Below, piece by piece: positions 21,289-33,431 of a DNA stretch of 64,000 nt (within the stretch, counting starts at the first letter, position 1; the number at the start of each line of letters is the position of its first letter). The DNA is taken from contig CP064983.1 in NCBI GenBank assembly GCA_016699635.1, forward strand, positions 3,176,078 through 3,240,077, written 5' to 3'. The notes under the pieces are model-generated. The model made no database searches. It had not been told where the DNA came from and saw nothing but the letters and a program-made list of their open reading frames with translations. This DNA is from Bacteroidota bacterium (GTDB lineage Bacteria; Bacteroidota; Bacteroidia; AKYH767-A; OLB10). The translations under genes were made by a program, and so were the position numbers.

Positions 21289-22122
21289 ATGGCTAAAGTA
21301 ATTTCGATTGCAAATCAAAAAGGAGGAGTGGGAAAAACAACATCTGCTATTAATCTGGCAGCAAGTTTGGCAGTGCTCGAATATAAAACACTATTGATTG
21401 ATGCCGACCCGCAGGCAAACAGTACAAGTGGTGTTGGATTTGATCCACGAAAAATCACTAACAGTATTTACGAATGTATCATCAACGACCTTGACCCTGC
21501 CAAAGCAATTCAGGAAACACAAACACCTAATCTGTTTTTACTTCCTGCTCATATTGACTTGGTTGGTGCAGAAATTGAAATGATTAATCTCTCTAACAGA
21601 GAGTATATGATGAAGCAGGTAATTGATAAAATTTCTGCTGACTATGAGTTTATTATCATTGACTGTTCACCATCGTTAGGATTGGTAACTATCAATGCGC
21701 TCACAGCTTCCGACAGCGTAATTATTCCGGTTCAGTGTGAATATTTTGCCTTAGAAGGTCTTGGCAAATTGCTCAACACAATCAATATTGTTCAGAGCAG
21801 ATTAAATCCTAATCTGGGTATTGAAGGAATCTTACTCACCATGTATGACTCACGTCTGCGACTGAGCAATCAGGTTGTTGAAGAGGTAAAAACACATTTT
21901 CAAAATATGGTATTCAGTACCATCATTCAGCGTAATACCAAATTGGGCGAAGCTCCCAGCTTTGGCGAAACAATTATTATGCACGATGCCAGCAGCAAAG
22001 GTGCTATTAACTACCTGAATCTGGCAAGAGAAATTCTGCAAAAAAATAATTTAACCGGTGTACCAACACAACGTGAAAAATTATTCAAAGCAGAAGAAAC
22101 TAAAAAAGTTAGAATGAACTAA
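21289..22122 (+). CDS. parA: Chromosome partitioning ATPase ParA/Soj
   Basis: The deviant Walker A is KGGVGKTT; the whole sequence is Soj-like. Confidence 0.9.
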   Translation: MAKVISIANQKGGVGKTTSAINLAASLAVLEYKTLLIDADPQANSTSGVGFDPRKITNSIYECIINDLDPAKAIQETQTPNLFLLPAHIDLVGAEIEMINLSNREYMMKQVIDKISADYEFIIIDCSPSLGLVTINALTASDSVIIPVQCEYFALEGLGKLLNTINIVQSRLNPNLGIEGILLTMYDSRLRLSNQVVEEVKTHFQNMVFSTIIQRNTKLGEAPSFGETIIMHDASSKGAINYLNLAREILQKNNLTGVPTQREKLFKAEETKKVRMN

Positions 22123-22187
22123 ATTATTCCTTAAACCGTTTCAGATTAAAACCTTAAACCGGTTTCAGATTAAAACCAAAATATAGA

Positions 22188-23077
22188 ATGTCACAAAAAA
22201 ATCGGGTCTTGGCAAAGGTCTAAGTGCCTTGCTTGACAACAGCATATCGGTAAATGAATTTAAAGAGATTGGTGTTGCTACATCTAATGCGCAAATCACA
22301 ACCCTGCCTGTTGATCGTATTGAAGCCAACCCATTTCAGCCACGCAGCGAGTTTAAAGAAGAAGAATTATTAAACCTTGCCGACTCTATCAGAGTACATG
22401 GACTCATTCAACCTATTACCGTAAGAAAACTTTCTGCCGATAAGTATCAGATAATCTCCGGTGAAAGAAGATTTCGTGCAGCACAATTAGTTGGCTTAAC
22501 AAATGTTCCTGTTTTTATCCGCCTTGCCAACGATCAGAGTATGCTGGAAATGGCATTGGTGGAAAATATTCAGCGAGAAAACTTAAATGCTATTGAAATT
22601 GCCATAAGCTACAAAAGACTCATTGATGAATGTAAACTAACGCAAGAAGACCTTGGACTTCGTGTAGGCAAAGACCGTACGACAGTAACAAACTATCTTC
22701 GTTTGTTAAAGTTGCCACCACAAATTCAAACTGCTCTTCGTGATGAAAAAATAAGTATGGGACATGCACGTGCCATCATTAGCATTAGCGATCCTGTTAT
22801 GCAGTTGAAAATTTTCAATGAAATACTTGAAAATGATTTAAGCGTTCGCTCTGTTGAAGATATTGTACGAGGCTCATCAAAAAATGAGAAGAAGCAGCCA
22901 AGCATCAGCGAAAAGTTTATCAAAGGAATAGAGTACAAACATATTCAGAAACGTTTGGAAGATAAGTTTGAAACAAAGATTGAAGTTAAGCATCGTAAAA
23001 ACGGTTCGGGACAAATTATGTTTACCTATTTTTCTACTGACGATTTAAATCGGTTACTCGATATTCTTGACGCATAA
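22188..23077 (+). CDS. parB: ParB/Spo0J partition protein; the 5' end is frameshifted in an A7 run
   Basis: ATG at 22188 gives MSQK, then a shifted frame yields the canonical KKSGLGKGLSALLD if the A-run is A8. The ParB box region GERRFRAA and the HTH follow. Confidence 0.85.
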
Positions 23078-23089
23078 ATTTTTAGCTGC

Positions 23090-23685
23090 ATGAGGTTAAG
23101 ATTATTGGTAGTTCTGTTTTTTACGGTTTACTGCGTAAATGCCCAACAGGACACCATGATTTTTAAGACCAGAACAAGTGTTATTGTTCAGGCCGATTCC
23201 ATAAAACCCACTGTTGATTTATCTCAAAAAGTCAATAAACATTCTCCACATAAGGCTACAATCTATTCAGCTATTTTACCAGGCTTAGGTCAGGCTTACA
23301 ATAAAAAATACTGGAAGATACCTGTAATTTACGGACTAACAGGAGTGCTTACCTATTTTGCTATTGACAACAACAAAGAGTATGTAGTTTATAAAGATGC
23401 CTATAAATGGCGACTCGATGACAACAGTGCTACTGTAGATAAGTTTGAAGGTATTTACTCAGATGAGGATTTGCGAATTTAAAAAACTATTATCGCAGAA
23501 ACCGCGACCTTTCCTTTAGCGGAATGGGTGTTGTTTATTTGCTCAATGTAGTTGATGCAGCACTTGATGCTCACTTGTTTTATTTTGATGTAAGTGATGA
23601 TTTATCCTTAAAAGTGCAACCCGGAATACAACCCATGAGCCATACTGCATTTGCAGGTGTAAAACTGAGTTTACAAATAAAGTAA
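23090..23685 (+). CDS. DUF5683 family protein (conserved downstream of parB in Bacteroidota); 1-bp homopolymer frameshift at ~23475
   Basis: The N-terminal ORF has SAILPGLGQAYNKKYWKIPVIYG. The C-terminal part continues in another frame (YRRNRDLSFSGMGVVYLLNVVDAALDAHLFYFDVSDDLSL...) to the stop at 23685. Restoring cgaaa from cgaa rejoins them. Confidence 0.7.
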
Positions 23686-23688
23686 GAT

Positions 23689-24402
23689 ATGAAAATTGCA
23701 CTGTTTGGATACGGAAAAATGGGCAAGGAAATAGAAACTGCTGCTATTGAGAGTGGACATCAAATTGTTCTAAAAATTAACTCTGCAAATTACAATCAGC
23801 TTAATAAGGAGTCTCTACAAACTGCCGATGTTGCCATAGAATTTTCAAGGCCTGAAACGGCAGTAAGCAATGCTAAATTATGTATTGATTCAAACGTTCC
23901 TGTAATTATTGGTACAACAGGTTGGTATGAACACAAAGCAACATTAGAGCAATATTGTATTCAAAATAATGGAACGGTTATTTATGCTTCTAACTTCAGC
24001 ACGGGTGTGAATATATTTTTTATCATCAATGAGATGTTGTCTAAACTTATGGCACCTATGAAATATGATGCATGGATTGAAGAAGTACACCACATTCATA
24101 AAAAAGATATTCCAAGTGGCACAGCCATAACACTAGCTAATGATGTACTGAAATATAACAAACAATATTCAGGATGGGCAATTAATGATGAAGATGGTAA
24201 ACTTCCCATATACGCACAGCGCATTGACGAAGTAACAGGTTTTCATTCAGTTTCATTCCGTAACGAAGTTGACACCATTGAGATTACACACAATGCATTC
24301 AGCAGAAAAGGATTTGCACTTGGTGCCATAAAAGCTGCAGAAATAGCTTTGACAAAAAAAGGATTTTACGAGTATAAGAACCTTTTAATAGAACAGCCTT
24401 GA
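23689..24402 (+). CDS. dapB: 4-hydroxy-tetrahydrodipicolinate reductase
   Basis: An N-terminal Rossmann fold is followed by EEVHHIHKKDIPSGTA. Confidence 0.9.
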   Translation: MKIALFGYGKMGKEIETAAIESGHQIVLKINSANYNQLNKESLQTADVAIEFSRPETAVSNAKLCIDSNVPVIIGTTGWYEHKATLEQYCIQNNGTVIYASNFSTGVNIFFIINEMLSKLMAPMKYDAWIEEVHHIHKKDIPSGTAITLANDVLKYNKQYSGWAINDEDGKLPIYAQRIDEVTGFHSVSFRNEVDTIEITHNAFSRKGFALGAIKAAEIALTKKGFYEYKNLLIEQP

Positions 24403-24406
24403 TTTT

Positions 24407-25048
24407 ATGTTGCTAAAAGAGCGATATAAATATGTAATCGGTTACTTCAGGAAAAACATGCCTGTGGCAGAAACTGAATTGGTTTACAAAAATCCATATC
24501 AACTTTTAGTTGCAGTTATTCTATCTGCTCAATGTACTGACAAAAGAGTCAATATGGTTACTCCTGAATTATTCAAAGCTTTTCCTACGGCTAAAAAACT
24601 TTCAGAAACAGAGCCTGAAGAAGTTTTTGAGTATATAAAATCTATAAGCTATCCAAACAACAAGGCAAAACATCTTGTCGGTATGTCGCGAATGCTTTTA
24701 GAAAAGTTTGAAGGAGAAGTTCCGTCAGAACTTGATGACCTGATTCAACTACCTGGAGTTGGCCGCAAAACTGCTAATGTAATTTCATCTGTTGTTTTCA
24801 ATAAAGCTGCAATGGCTGTTGACACACACGTTTTTCGTGTGGCAGCACGATTAGGTCTTACACGCAATGCAAAAACACCATTAGCTACAGAAATGCAGTT
24901 AGTAAAACATATACCTGAAGAATTAATTGCAACGGCACACCATTGGCTCATACTTCATGGCCGTTATGTTTGTACGGCTCGAAATCCAAAATGTAATATT
25001 TGCGGATTAAAAGATGTTTGTGCTTATTATAAAAAACATCCTGTTTAA
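24407..25048 (+). CDS. nth: Endonuclease III
   Basis: HhH-GPD motif LPGVGRKTANV and the FeS cluster C-x6-C-x2-C-x5-C (CTARNPKCNICGLKDVC). Confidence 0.9.
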   Translation: MLLKERYKYVIGYFRKNMPVAETELVYKNPYQLLVAVILSAQCTDKRVNMVTPELFKAFPTAKKLSETEPEEVFEYIKSISYPNNKAKHLVGMSRMLLEKFEGEVPSELDDLIQLPGVGRKTANVISSVVFNKAAMAVDTHVFRVAARLGLTRNAKTPLATEMQLVKHIPEELIATAHHWLILHGRYVCTARNPKCNICGLKDVCAYYKKHPV

Positions 25049-25659
25049 GATAACACTCCTTTGCCTTCGCGCACAACTGTAATATCATCTGTTGTACAAT
25101 CTACAATTGTACTCGGCACGTTCCCTCCTGCTCCACAATCAACAATCATATCAACCATATCGCTGAACCTTTCATAAATTTCATCAGGGTCGGTTAGATA
25201 ATCTGTAATAGGATCATTTACATCATGCAGTGAAGCCGACATCAGAGGATGTCCTAATTGCTGAATGATTGATAGAGTTACTTTCTGATCAGGAATACGA
25301 ATACCGATATTCTTTTTTCTTGCCCTGAATATACCGGGCACTTTTGTTGATGCTTCAAGTATGAAAGTAAATGGCCCGGGCAATGAACGGTTCAATAATT
25401 TATATACACTACGGTCGAAAGGTTTGGTGTATTCTGCAATGTTTTTTAAATCATTACACAAAAAAGAAAGATTAGCCTTTTCAGGTTTTACACCTTTAAA
25501 ACGACTTACTTTCTCAATGGCAGGCAAACTGTAAATACTGCATGCCAAAGCATAAACTGTATCGGTTGGTATAATGATGATGCCATCATTGTTGATACAT
25601 TCAACAACCTTCTTTATTTTTCTGTCATCAATATTATTCTCGTTAATTTCTATCAACAT
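25045..25659 (-). CDS. tsaC: L-threonylcarbamoyladenylate synthase (YrdC/TsaC family)
   Basis: YrdC signature IIIPTDTVYALAC...GPFTFIL. Confidence 0.85.
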   Translation of the reverse strand: MLIEINENNIDDRKIKKVVECINNDGIIIIPTDTVYALACSIYSLPAIEKVSRFKGVKPEKANLSFLCNDLKNIAEYTKPFDRSVYKLLNRSLPGPFTFILEASTKVPGIFRARKKNIGIRIPDQKVTLSIIQQLGHPLMSASLHDVNDPITDYLTDPDEIYERFSDMVDMIVDCGAGGNVPSTIVDCTTDDITVVREGKGVLS

Positions 25660-25700
25660 TGCACTTTTGTTTTACTGACAACAAAAAAACAACAATAAGG

Positions 25701-26759
25701 TTAATCTTTCCAATCGGCAATAAACAAATTGGTGTCATGTGTGCCACCATTGTTTCTGTTACTTGAAAAAATTAATTTCTTGCCATCAGGCGAAAACATC
25801 GGAAATGCATTAAACACACTCTGATCAGTAATTTGCACTAAGCCAGTTCCATCAGTATTAATCATATACAACTGAAAATTAAATCCTGATTTCGATTCAT
25901 GATTTGATGAGAAAAGAATTTTCTTTCCTGATGGATGAAAGAAAGGTGCCCAGTTTGCTCTACCAAGATGAGTAATCTGTTTCAGATTGCTACCATCAAC
26001 ATTACAAGTATAGATTTCCATATTGGTTGGTGCAACCAAACCTTCGCTTAACAACTGTTTGTACTCTTGAATTTCTTCAGCTGTAGTTGGCCTTGATGAG
26101 CGGAACACCAATTGTTTGCTGTCGGGTGAGAAAAATGCACCCCCATCATAACCCAAACCAAACGTAATTTGCTTCTGATTGCTTCCATCAATATCCATTG
26201 TCCACAATTCAAGATCACCTGTACGATCGCTAGTAAAAACAATCTTTTTACCATCGGGCGAAACTGTTGCTTCAGCATCATATCCCGGTGCATTGGTAAG
26301 TTGTTTCACTATTTTTCCATTCAGGTCAGCAACAAAAATATCGTAGGTATTAAAAATCGGCCATAAATATTTTCCACCACGTCTAAGGTCACCTGTTTCG
26401 GGACATTTATCTCCTCTTAAATGCGTGCTTGCATAAAGAATGGTTTTATTACCGGGCATAAAATATGAGCAGGTGGTACGGCCTTTACCGGTACTGATTA
26501 ATGGAGGTTTGCTATCGGATTTCCAGTTATTAAGATCTAATAAAAATATCTGATCGCATTCAACACCCCATGCTTTATTGTTAGATTGAAAAGCTAATTT
26601 ATTGTTGTCAAAACTAAAATAAGCCTCGGCATTATCACCTCCAAAAGTCAATTGTTTAATGTTTATAAGATGTTTATTCTCAATAGTATCAACATCTTGG
26701 GCTAATGCAAAGTTTAAGCTAAAAGGCAACAGAATTAACAGGTACTTAAATCGTTTCAT
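25701..26759 (-). CDS. Secreted WD40-like (PD40/TolB-like) beta-propeller repeat protein
   Basis: A signal peptide is followed by repeated S-PDGKK-I-F-S motifs. Confidence 0.7.
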   Translation of the reverse strand: MKRFKYLLILLPFSLNFALAQDVDTIENKHLINIKQLTFGGDNAEAYFSFDNNKLAFQSNNKAWGVECDQIFLLDLNNWKSDSKPPLISTGKGRTTCSYFMPGNKTILYASTHLRGDKCPETGDLRRGGKYLWPIFNTYDIFVADLNGKIVKQLTNAPGYDAEATVSPDGKKIVFTSDRTGDLELWTMDIDGSNQKQITFGLGYDGGAFFSPDSKQLVFRSSRPTTAEEIQEYKQLLSEGLVAPTNMEIYTCNVDGSNLKQITHLGRANWAPFFHPSGKKILFSSNHESKSGFNFQLYMINTDGTGLVQITDQSVFNAFPMFSPDGKKLIFSSNRNNGGTHDTNLFIADWKD

Positions 26760-26934
26760 AATTTTAAAATATTTTGTCGCGAAAGTATCCCTTTTGAGAG
26801 TGCAACTTGGTGTGATTTTTGTCAGTAATGGAGAAAATGACGAAATCGTTACAAGACCCTTTTGCCGATATTTTTCTACAAAAATCTTTGTTTTATGATT
26901 TCCTTAACATATCTTTGAAGTTACTCTAAATTGA

Positions 26935-28602
26935 ATGATAATGAAAAAACTTTTCACTGTATTGACTATTCTTCTGATAGCAAGCACAAATCAGGCACAA
27001 AATGTAGGAATTGGCACCAATGTTCCTATGCAAAAATTAGATGTGATTGGGAAAATTAGATCATCAACACTTACTGGTGTTGGTAATCGTTTTGTGATGG
27101 CAGACCCTACAGGTACACTAAATGTGAGTTCAAGTGGTTTACTTGATTCAACAGCATGGCTAACACTTGGGAATAGTTCAATAGATACTACAAAAAATTT
27201 TCTCGGCACATTAACCAACACACATATATTATTTAAAACAAATGGCAACGCTGCTGCAAATGAAAGAATGCGCATTCGTTCAGGAGGAGAAATTATAGTT
27301 AATAATACTTCTGTAGGTAATAATAACGGTGATGTGTTTTCTGTTTATGCAACAGGAAGTAGTAATGGTATCAACAATGCATTGAGCCCAATTGGTGCAT
27401 TTGCACTAAATGGTTACTCTGCAACGACAGGCATTGGAGTATCTGGTGCTAACACAGGAACCGGTGTTGGCGTTTGGGGCAGTTCATCTTCCGGTTATGG
27501 AACTGTAGGATTTTCCGGAGGTAATACAGCATTTGCAGGAATGTTTCAGAATTCTAATGCCAATGGAACAGGATTACTTGTTACAGGAAATAATCTTCCA
27601 GGAACATATTTAGTAAATGGTTCTGCTGGTTCTTTCCGAGGCACCAATTTCGGCATTATTAATTTTTCAAACATCAGTTCTGCTGCTGTTGCCGGTAGTG
27701 CAGTTTGGGGAAGTAATAGAAAAACAATCATAACAAGTTATCTCGGTGGTGCCGGTGTAACTGGAATTGATTCTGCATATGGATCCGGTGTTATAGGTGT
27801 TTCATTTTTTTGGAGGCAATAATGGCGTTACAGGTATAGGTAGTTATAATAGTGGAACCGGTGTAATGGGTCAGGCAGGGATGGGCCCCACACCCTATGC
27901 AGTATGGGGAGATGTAACAACCGTTTCAGGAACAAATGCTACCTCAATTGCTGTTATTGGAAGTAATAATTCAGTTGGTGCCAATGCAATTGGTATTTTA
28001 GGACAAGAAGTTGCTGCACCCAATGGTCCTACACGTTATGCAATATTTGCTAACGGTGATTTAGCCGCTTCAGGAACAAAAACTTTTGTAATTGATCACC
28101 CACTAGATCCATCAGGAAAATTTCTGAAACATTTTTCTATTGAATCAAATGAAGTACTTAATTATTACAGAGGTAATGTTGTACTCGATGCAAATGGTGA
28201 GGCAACTATTCAACTACCTTCTTATTTCAATAGTATAAATAACTCAAACTACAACTACAACCTCACTCCTATTGGTGCACCTGCACAACTTTATGTTAAA
28301 TCGGAAGTTACAGGTAATAACTTCGTAATTGCCGGGGCGTTGCCGGAATGAAGGTAAGCTGGACACTAACGGCTGAAAGAAACGATCCTTATCTGCAACA
28401 AAATCCAGATAGTCGTTTGGTTGAACTTCCAAAAACAGGAGACGCTGCAGGAAAATATTTAGTTCCATCATTGTATGGACAACCGGAGTCAGCAGGAATT
28501 TATTACAAACCTATTCCTCAAAAAACTGCTGTAAACGAAAAATCGAAAGATGCACCGTTAATTAAATCAAGAGATTTTACACAACAAAACGATTCTAAAT
28601 AA
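26935..28602 (+). pseudogene. Gly-rich 'tail-fibre-like' secreted repeat protein, split across three frames
   Basis: ORF1 has a signal peptide plus AQNVGIGTNVPMQKLDVIG, the hallmark of tail-fibre-domain proteins. ORF2 overlaps at a T7 run. The C-terminal block is IDHPLDPSGKFLKHFSIESNE...KVSWTLTAERNDPYLQQNP. Confidence 0.5.
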
Positions 28603-28629
28603 CAAGCTCATTTCATCATTAAAAACTAC

Positions 28630-31600
28630 ATGAGTATGAAAAAGTTTGTTTACTATATTTTATTATTTCTGCTACCTGTAACAGCATGGTCGCAGTGTAT
28701 GATGACACCTGTTTCTTTACAGGACAGAATCAGTAATGCAACTATTGTTGTTGAAGCTACTGCCTTGCAACAAAACAGTTACTGGAACAACAGTAATGAT
28801 TTCATCTACACTTCCACTACACTTTCAATTTCTGCAGTTTATAAAGGCACAATTCAGGGCAGTCAGATTGCATTGATTACAGAAGGCGGTATTGTTGGTA
28901 ACATCATGATTAAGTCAGAACCATCTTTGAATATTAAACCCGGACAGAATGGAATATTTTTTCTAATTCCACACAGCCAGCCGTCAGGAAGTAAACTGTC
29001 AGGAATGTTTGAAGGATATGCTTTGAGTCAGAGTTTAATTTTGTTTGATGAAACAAGTAATTCAGCAACAGGTCCGTTTGAAAACTACAGTGACATCAAT
29101 GCATTACGAAATCAGATTATCAATGCTACAGGTGGCGTTCAGCGCATTTCTTCTATTGCACCACAGCAGGCACCTCCATCTGTAAATAAAATAATGATTC
29201 CGCCAACTATTGCTTCAATAGTACCGGCAACAACTACGGCAGGAACATTTTCAACAATCACAATAAACGGAAATAATTTTGGTGCCACCTATGTTAACGG
29301 AACTTCAAACGTTGAATTTCCTGATGCCAATACTGGAGGTGTAAGTTATATTTCTGCTCCGCAAAATCATATTCAGTCGTGGAGCAACACACAAATTCAG
29401 GTTTGGGTACCTACACAAGGTGGAAGCGGATTAATAAGAGTAACAAACAATCTTGGAGAAACTACAACTTCTGCAATTTCAATTACCATTAATTATAATG
29501 AAACAAATGTTGTTAGTGGTAGTAATTATTATCAACCCGACTTGATTAACAATAATGGAACCGGAGGTTATACTTTTCGTTACAACACAACATTTAATGG
29601 TAATGCTGCTGCTGTTGCTGCATTTGAAAGAGCATTACAAACATGGCGCTGTGGAACTTTTGTAAACTTCAACCGCTCGGGTACTACTGCAACAACTTGT
29701 CAGGCTTTAGACGGAACTAACTTAGTGACCTTTGATGGTTCATGTGCATTGCCTGCCGGAGTTCTCGGAATTTCGTACAGTTATTACAGTGCATGCGCAA
29801 CAGGCGTTTGGTATCTTAACGAAAACGATTTAAAGTTTCGTACCAATGGAACCGGAGGCATAAACTGGAACTATGGCCCTGCTGCAACCGGTGGTGGCAA
29901 TTTCGATTTTGAATCAGTTTGTTTGCATGAATTAGGACACAGTCATCAGTTAGGTCACACTATTGTGCCTGTGACAGTAATGAATTATGCTATTGGCCCA
30001 AATACAGACAGACGTACACTTACACCAATCAGTGAAACTGCCGGTGGAAATGATATAATGAGTCGTAGTGTGGTGACTAATGCCTGCGGACCAACAGCTA
30101 TGGTTGCGCTTTCTGCGGGAAGCTGTGCCATCAATGCACCTATTGCTGATTTTAATGGTACACCACTGACAGGATGCAATACGCTGAACGTAACTTTTAC
30201 AGATGCATCCATCAATACTCCAACATCGTGGACGTGGTCTTTTCCAGGAGGGGTACCAAATACTTTTGTAGGACAGAATCCTCCTGTAATTTTTTATGCC
30301 GCACCGGGCAACTACGCAGTTACCCTAACTGTAAGCAATGCATTTGGAAGCAATACACTTACTAAAACAAATTATGTACAGATTGCAACCTGCCCTCCAC
30401 CTACACCTGATTTTACAGCTAATCCAACAACCGTTTGTCAGGGAAATACTGTACAGTTTGTAGATTTGAGTACCAACACACCAACAAGCTGGAGTTGGAC
30501 TTTTCCGGGAGGTACACCGGGAACATCTACTGCACAAAACCCTGTGATTACTTATGCCACTGCAGGAACTTATAATGTTACATTAACCTCAACTAATGCC
30601 TATGGCAGCAACACATTAACAAAAACAAATTACATAACAGTAAACAATTGCCCTGCTCCACCGGTCGCTGATTTTAGTGCATCGCCAACAACACTGTGTT
30701 CCGGTGGTACAGTAAACTTCACCGATCTTTCAACTAACACACCCACATCATGGTCGTGGACATTTGCCGGTGGCACACCGTTATCATCTGTAGCACAAAA
30801 TCCAACAATAACGTATAACACACCCGGCACTTACGCAGTTACATTAATTGCAACTAATGGTGGTGGCTCGAACACAAAAACTGTATCAGGATATATTACG
30901 GTAAATCTTTGCTCTGCACCTGTTGCATCTTTTTCAGGATTTCCTACAACCATCTGCGAAGGTCAGGCTGTGACTTATGTAGATCAGTCAACCAACTCAC
31001 CATCATCATGGGCATGGACTTTTACCGGTGGGCGCACTGCAGCATCTGCCTTGCAGAATCCTGTTATTAGCTATGCTACTGCAGGCACCTACACTGTTTC
31101 ATTAACTGCAACAAATGCTTTTGGCAACAACACTTTTACTAGAACAAATTACATCAATGTTGTTACATGTCCGTCACCTGGAACAGGACTTATTGTCAAT
31201 GACGGGTCACTGATTTTTGTTCAACCTACTGCAATGATGCATGTTGAAGGTGGTGTTATTAATCAGGATAACCTGAGCAACATTGGTACATGGGATAACT
31301 CCGGTCAGGTGCGTATACAAGGCGACTGGACAAACAATTCATCTGGAAATGCTTTTATCAACAGCAGCCCGGGTGAAGTGGAACTGTTTGGCGCCAATCA
31401 AACTATAAGAGGTAGTACACCTACTTTCTTCTTTACCTTAAATCTGACAGGCACAGGTATAAAAACCCAAAATATTGATGCAACGGTTCAGGTCACAAGG
31501 AAATGTGATGCATGTTACCAATACAGCACCGGCAGCTATTACGCGTACAGGTGGACTTAACTCAACTCCTGTTCAGGGTTTTGTGAGTAGCACAGGCAGT

Positions 31601-32629
31601 GGTAAGTTGTGGCGAAACACCAACACTACATCTGTGTATTTATTTCCTGTAGGTTCTTCAATACCTCCCGCACGTTTTCGTCCAGTTGAAATAAAGCCAT
31701 TGAGTGCAACACCCAATACTTTTGCTGTACGTATGGTTAATAATGACCCGAATACTGATGGTTTTAACCGTGCTGTACGTGAACCCACCTTAGGTGCAGT
31801 AAATGCAGGATGGTATCAGAAAATAAACAGAGTTTCCGGTAGTTCGTTAGCGGAGTTTTCGCTTTATGCCGATGATGCACAGGATGCCATTGCTTCATGG
31901 CCATTACTCAAACTTTGTCAGTGGGGACAGGCTGCCCCTCCTGTATGGTGGAAAGATATTGGCGGTGCTGTAACTCCGGGCGCTTCACCTGTGTTAGGAT
32001 CGGTGCTGCGTACCAACTGGAATAATTTCAGTAATACAGAAAATTTCAATATTGCACCAGAATCAAATCCACTGCCTGTTGAATTACTTTCGTTTACCGG
32101 TAACTGTAAGAACAACATTGTTAATCTGAATTGGACAACTGCATCTGAAATAAACAATCATTATTTTGAATTGCAACAATCAGCCGATGGAAATGATTTT
32201 GTTACTATAGGTCGTGTTGAAGGTAATGGTACCACCATCAAACAAAATTTTTATTCTTTTACCATTGATCAAAAAACTGAACACACATTTTTCCGATTGG
32301 TGCAATATGATTTTGATGGAAGAGCTAATGTATTGCCGGCTATTTTAGTTTCGTGTAACACAGAAAGTCCTGCAACAGTAAATATCAACCTGATGCCCAA
32401 TCCGGCAAAAGATGTTTTTGTTTCTGACATATATCTTCCTGAAAAAACACAACTCTCCATGAAGGTATTTAATACCATCGGACAATTGGTTATGGAAGAA
32501 CAATGGACACTTGATGCAGGCTATCATAAACAAGCAACACAGGTTTCTACTCTTGCAAAAGACATTTACAATATCCGCTATACTTCAAACTCGTTTAACA
32601 TAGTAAAACAAATAGCTATTGTAAAATAA
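28630..32629 (+). pseudogene. Large T9SS cargo zinc metallopeptidase with 4 tandem PKD domains and a C-terminal Por sorting domain; one frameshift at 31475..31560
   Basis: The 976-aa ORF has a signal peptide, an HELGHSHQLGH zinc-binding motif and four ~85-aa PKD repeats (SWTWSFPGG.P). The overlapping 384-aa ORF carries the CTD (PNPAKDVFV...DIYNIRY...). Confidence 0.65.
30136..31165 (+). repeat. Four tandem, diverged PKD-domain coding repeats (~255 bp each)
   Basis: The protein-level block starting D/SF(S/T)A.P(T/S)T.C recurs four times. Confidence 0.6.
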
Positions 32630-33139
32630 TTGCTGATGTCAGAAATTGTATTGCGTAGTTTGCAAATTGACGATGCAGAAATATTTGCTTTGCATGCCAA
32701 CAACAGTGCAATTGCAGATAACATGACCAATCAGTTTCCCTTTCCATATACGAAAGCACATGCACTGGAATTTATCAGAAGACTTAACGGTTTTAAACCT
32801 GCTCAGGTATTTGCAATTGACTTAGATGGAGAGGCAATAGGTGCTATTGGACTACACCCGCAGACTGACATTTTTTTAAAAAATGCAGAGCTTGGATATT
32901 GGCTTGCTGAAAAATATTGGGGTAAAGGATTTGTTTCCATTGCTATTAAAAAAATAGTTGAATATGGTTTCAGCAGTTTTGAAATAGATAGAATTTTTGC
33001 ACGCCCCTTTGGCAGCAATAAAGCTTCGCAACGCGTATTGGAAAAAACAGGATTTGTTTTGGAAGCCCGCCTTGAAAAAATCATTTATAAAAACAATCGT
33101 TATGAAGATGAGTTGATTTATGCAATCAGGAGAAAGTGA
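32630..33139 (+). CDS. GNAT-family N-acetyltransferase (RimJ/RimL-like)
   Basis: The acetyl-CoA binding region reads RVLEKTGFVLEARL. Confidence 0.75.
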   Translation: MLMSEIVLRSLQIDDAEIFALHANNSAIADNMTNQFPFPYTKAHALEFIRRLNGFKPAQVFAIDLDGEAIGAIGLHPQTDIFLKNAELGYWLAEKYWGKGFVSIAIKKIVEYGFSSFEIDRIFARPFGSNKASQRVLEKTGFVLEARLEKIIYKNNRYEDELIYAIRRK

Positions 33140-33149
33140 TTAAGTGAAG

Positions 33150-33300
33150 CCCGATGAAGTGAGGGGTTATGATCAACAACGACTGACAAGGGGTGATTAA
33201 GTGATTATGTGAAACGTGATGAAGTAAAGTGAAAATTCAGAATTCAGAGTGCAGAATTCAGAATTGAAAAAGTGAAAATAACATCAGGCATTAAATTGTG
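33150..33300. repeat. Short-period repeat tract
   Basis: Three motifs recur in 150 bp: gtgattaagtga, gatgaagt(a/g)a and (ca)gaattcag. Confidence 0.5.
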
Positions 33301-33389
33301 ATTAGCCACGGCTGACAGAGGTGATTAGGTGTAAGGACAATAGATATTAGCATAAGACTTTAGCCTGATGGATAGAAAAGCCAATCCCC

Positions 33390-33431
33390 AAAAAAATCCA
33401 CCGATGGTTTTTAACAGCGGTGGATTTTTTA
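33390..33431. terminator. Bidirectional terminator
   Basis: aaaaaaatccaccg-atggtttttaacag-cggtggatttttt. It is nested inside a longer imperfect inverted repeat (tagcctgatggatag / ctatctcaggcta). Confidence 0.6.
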
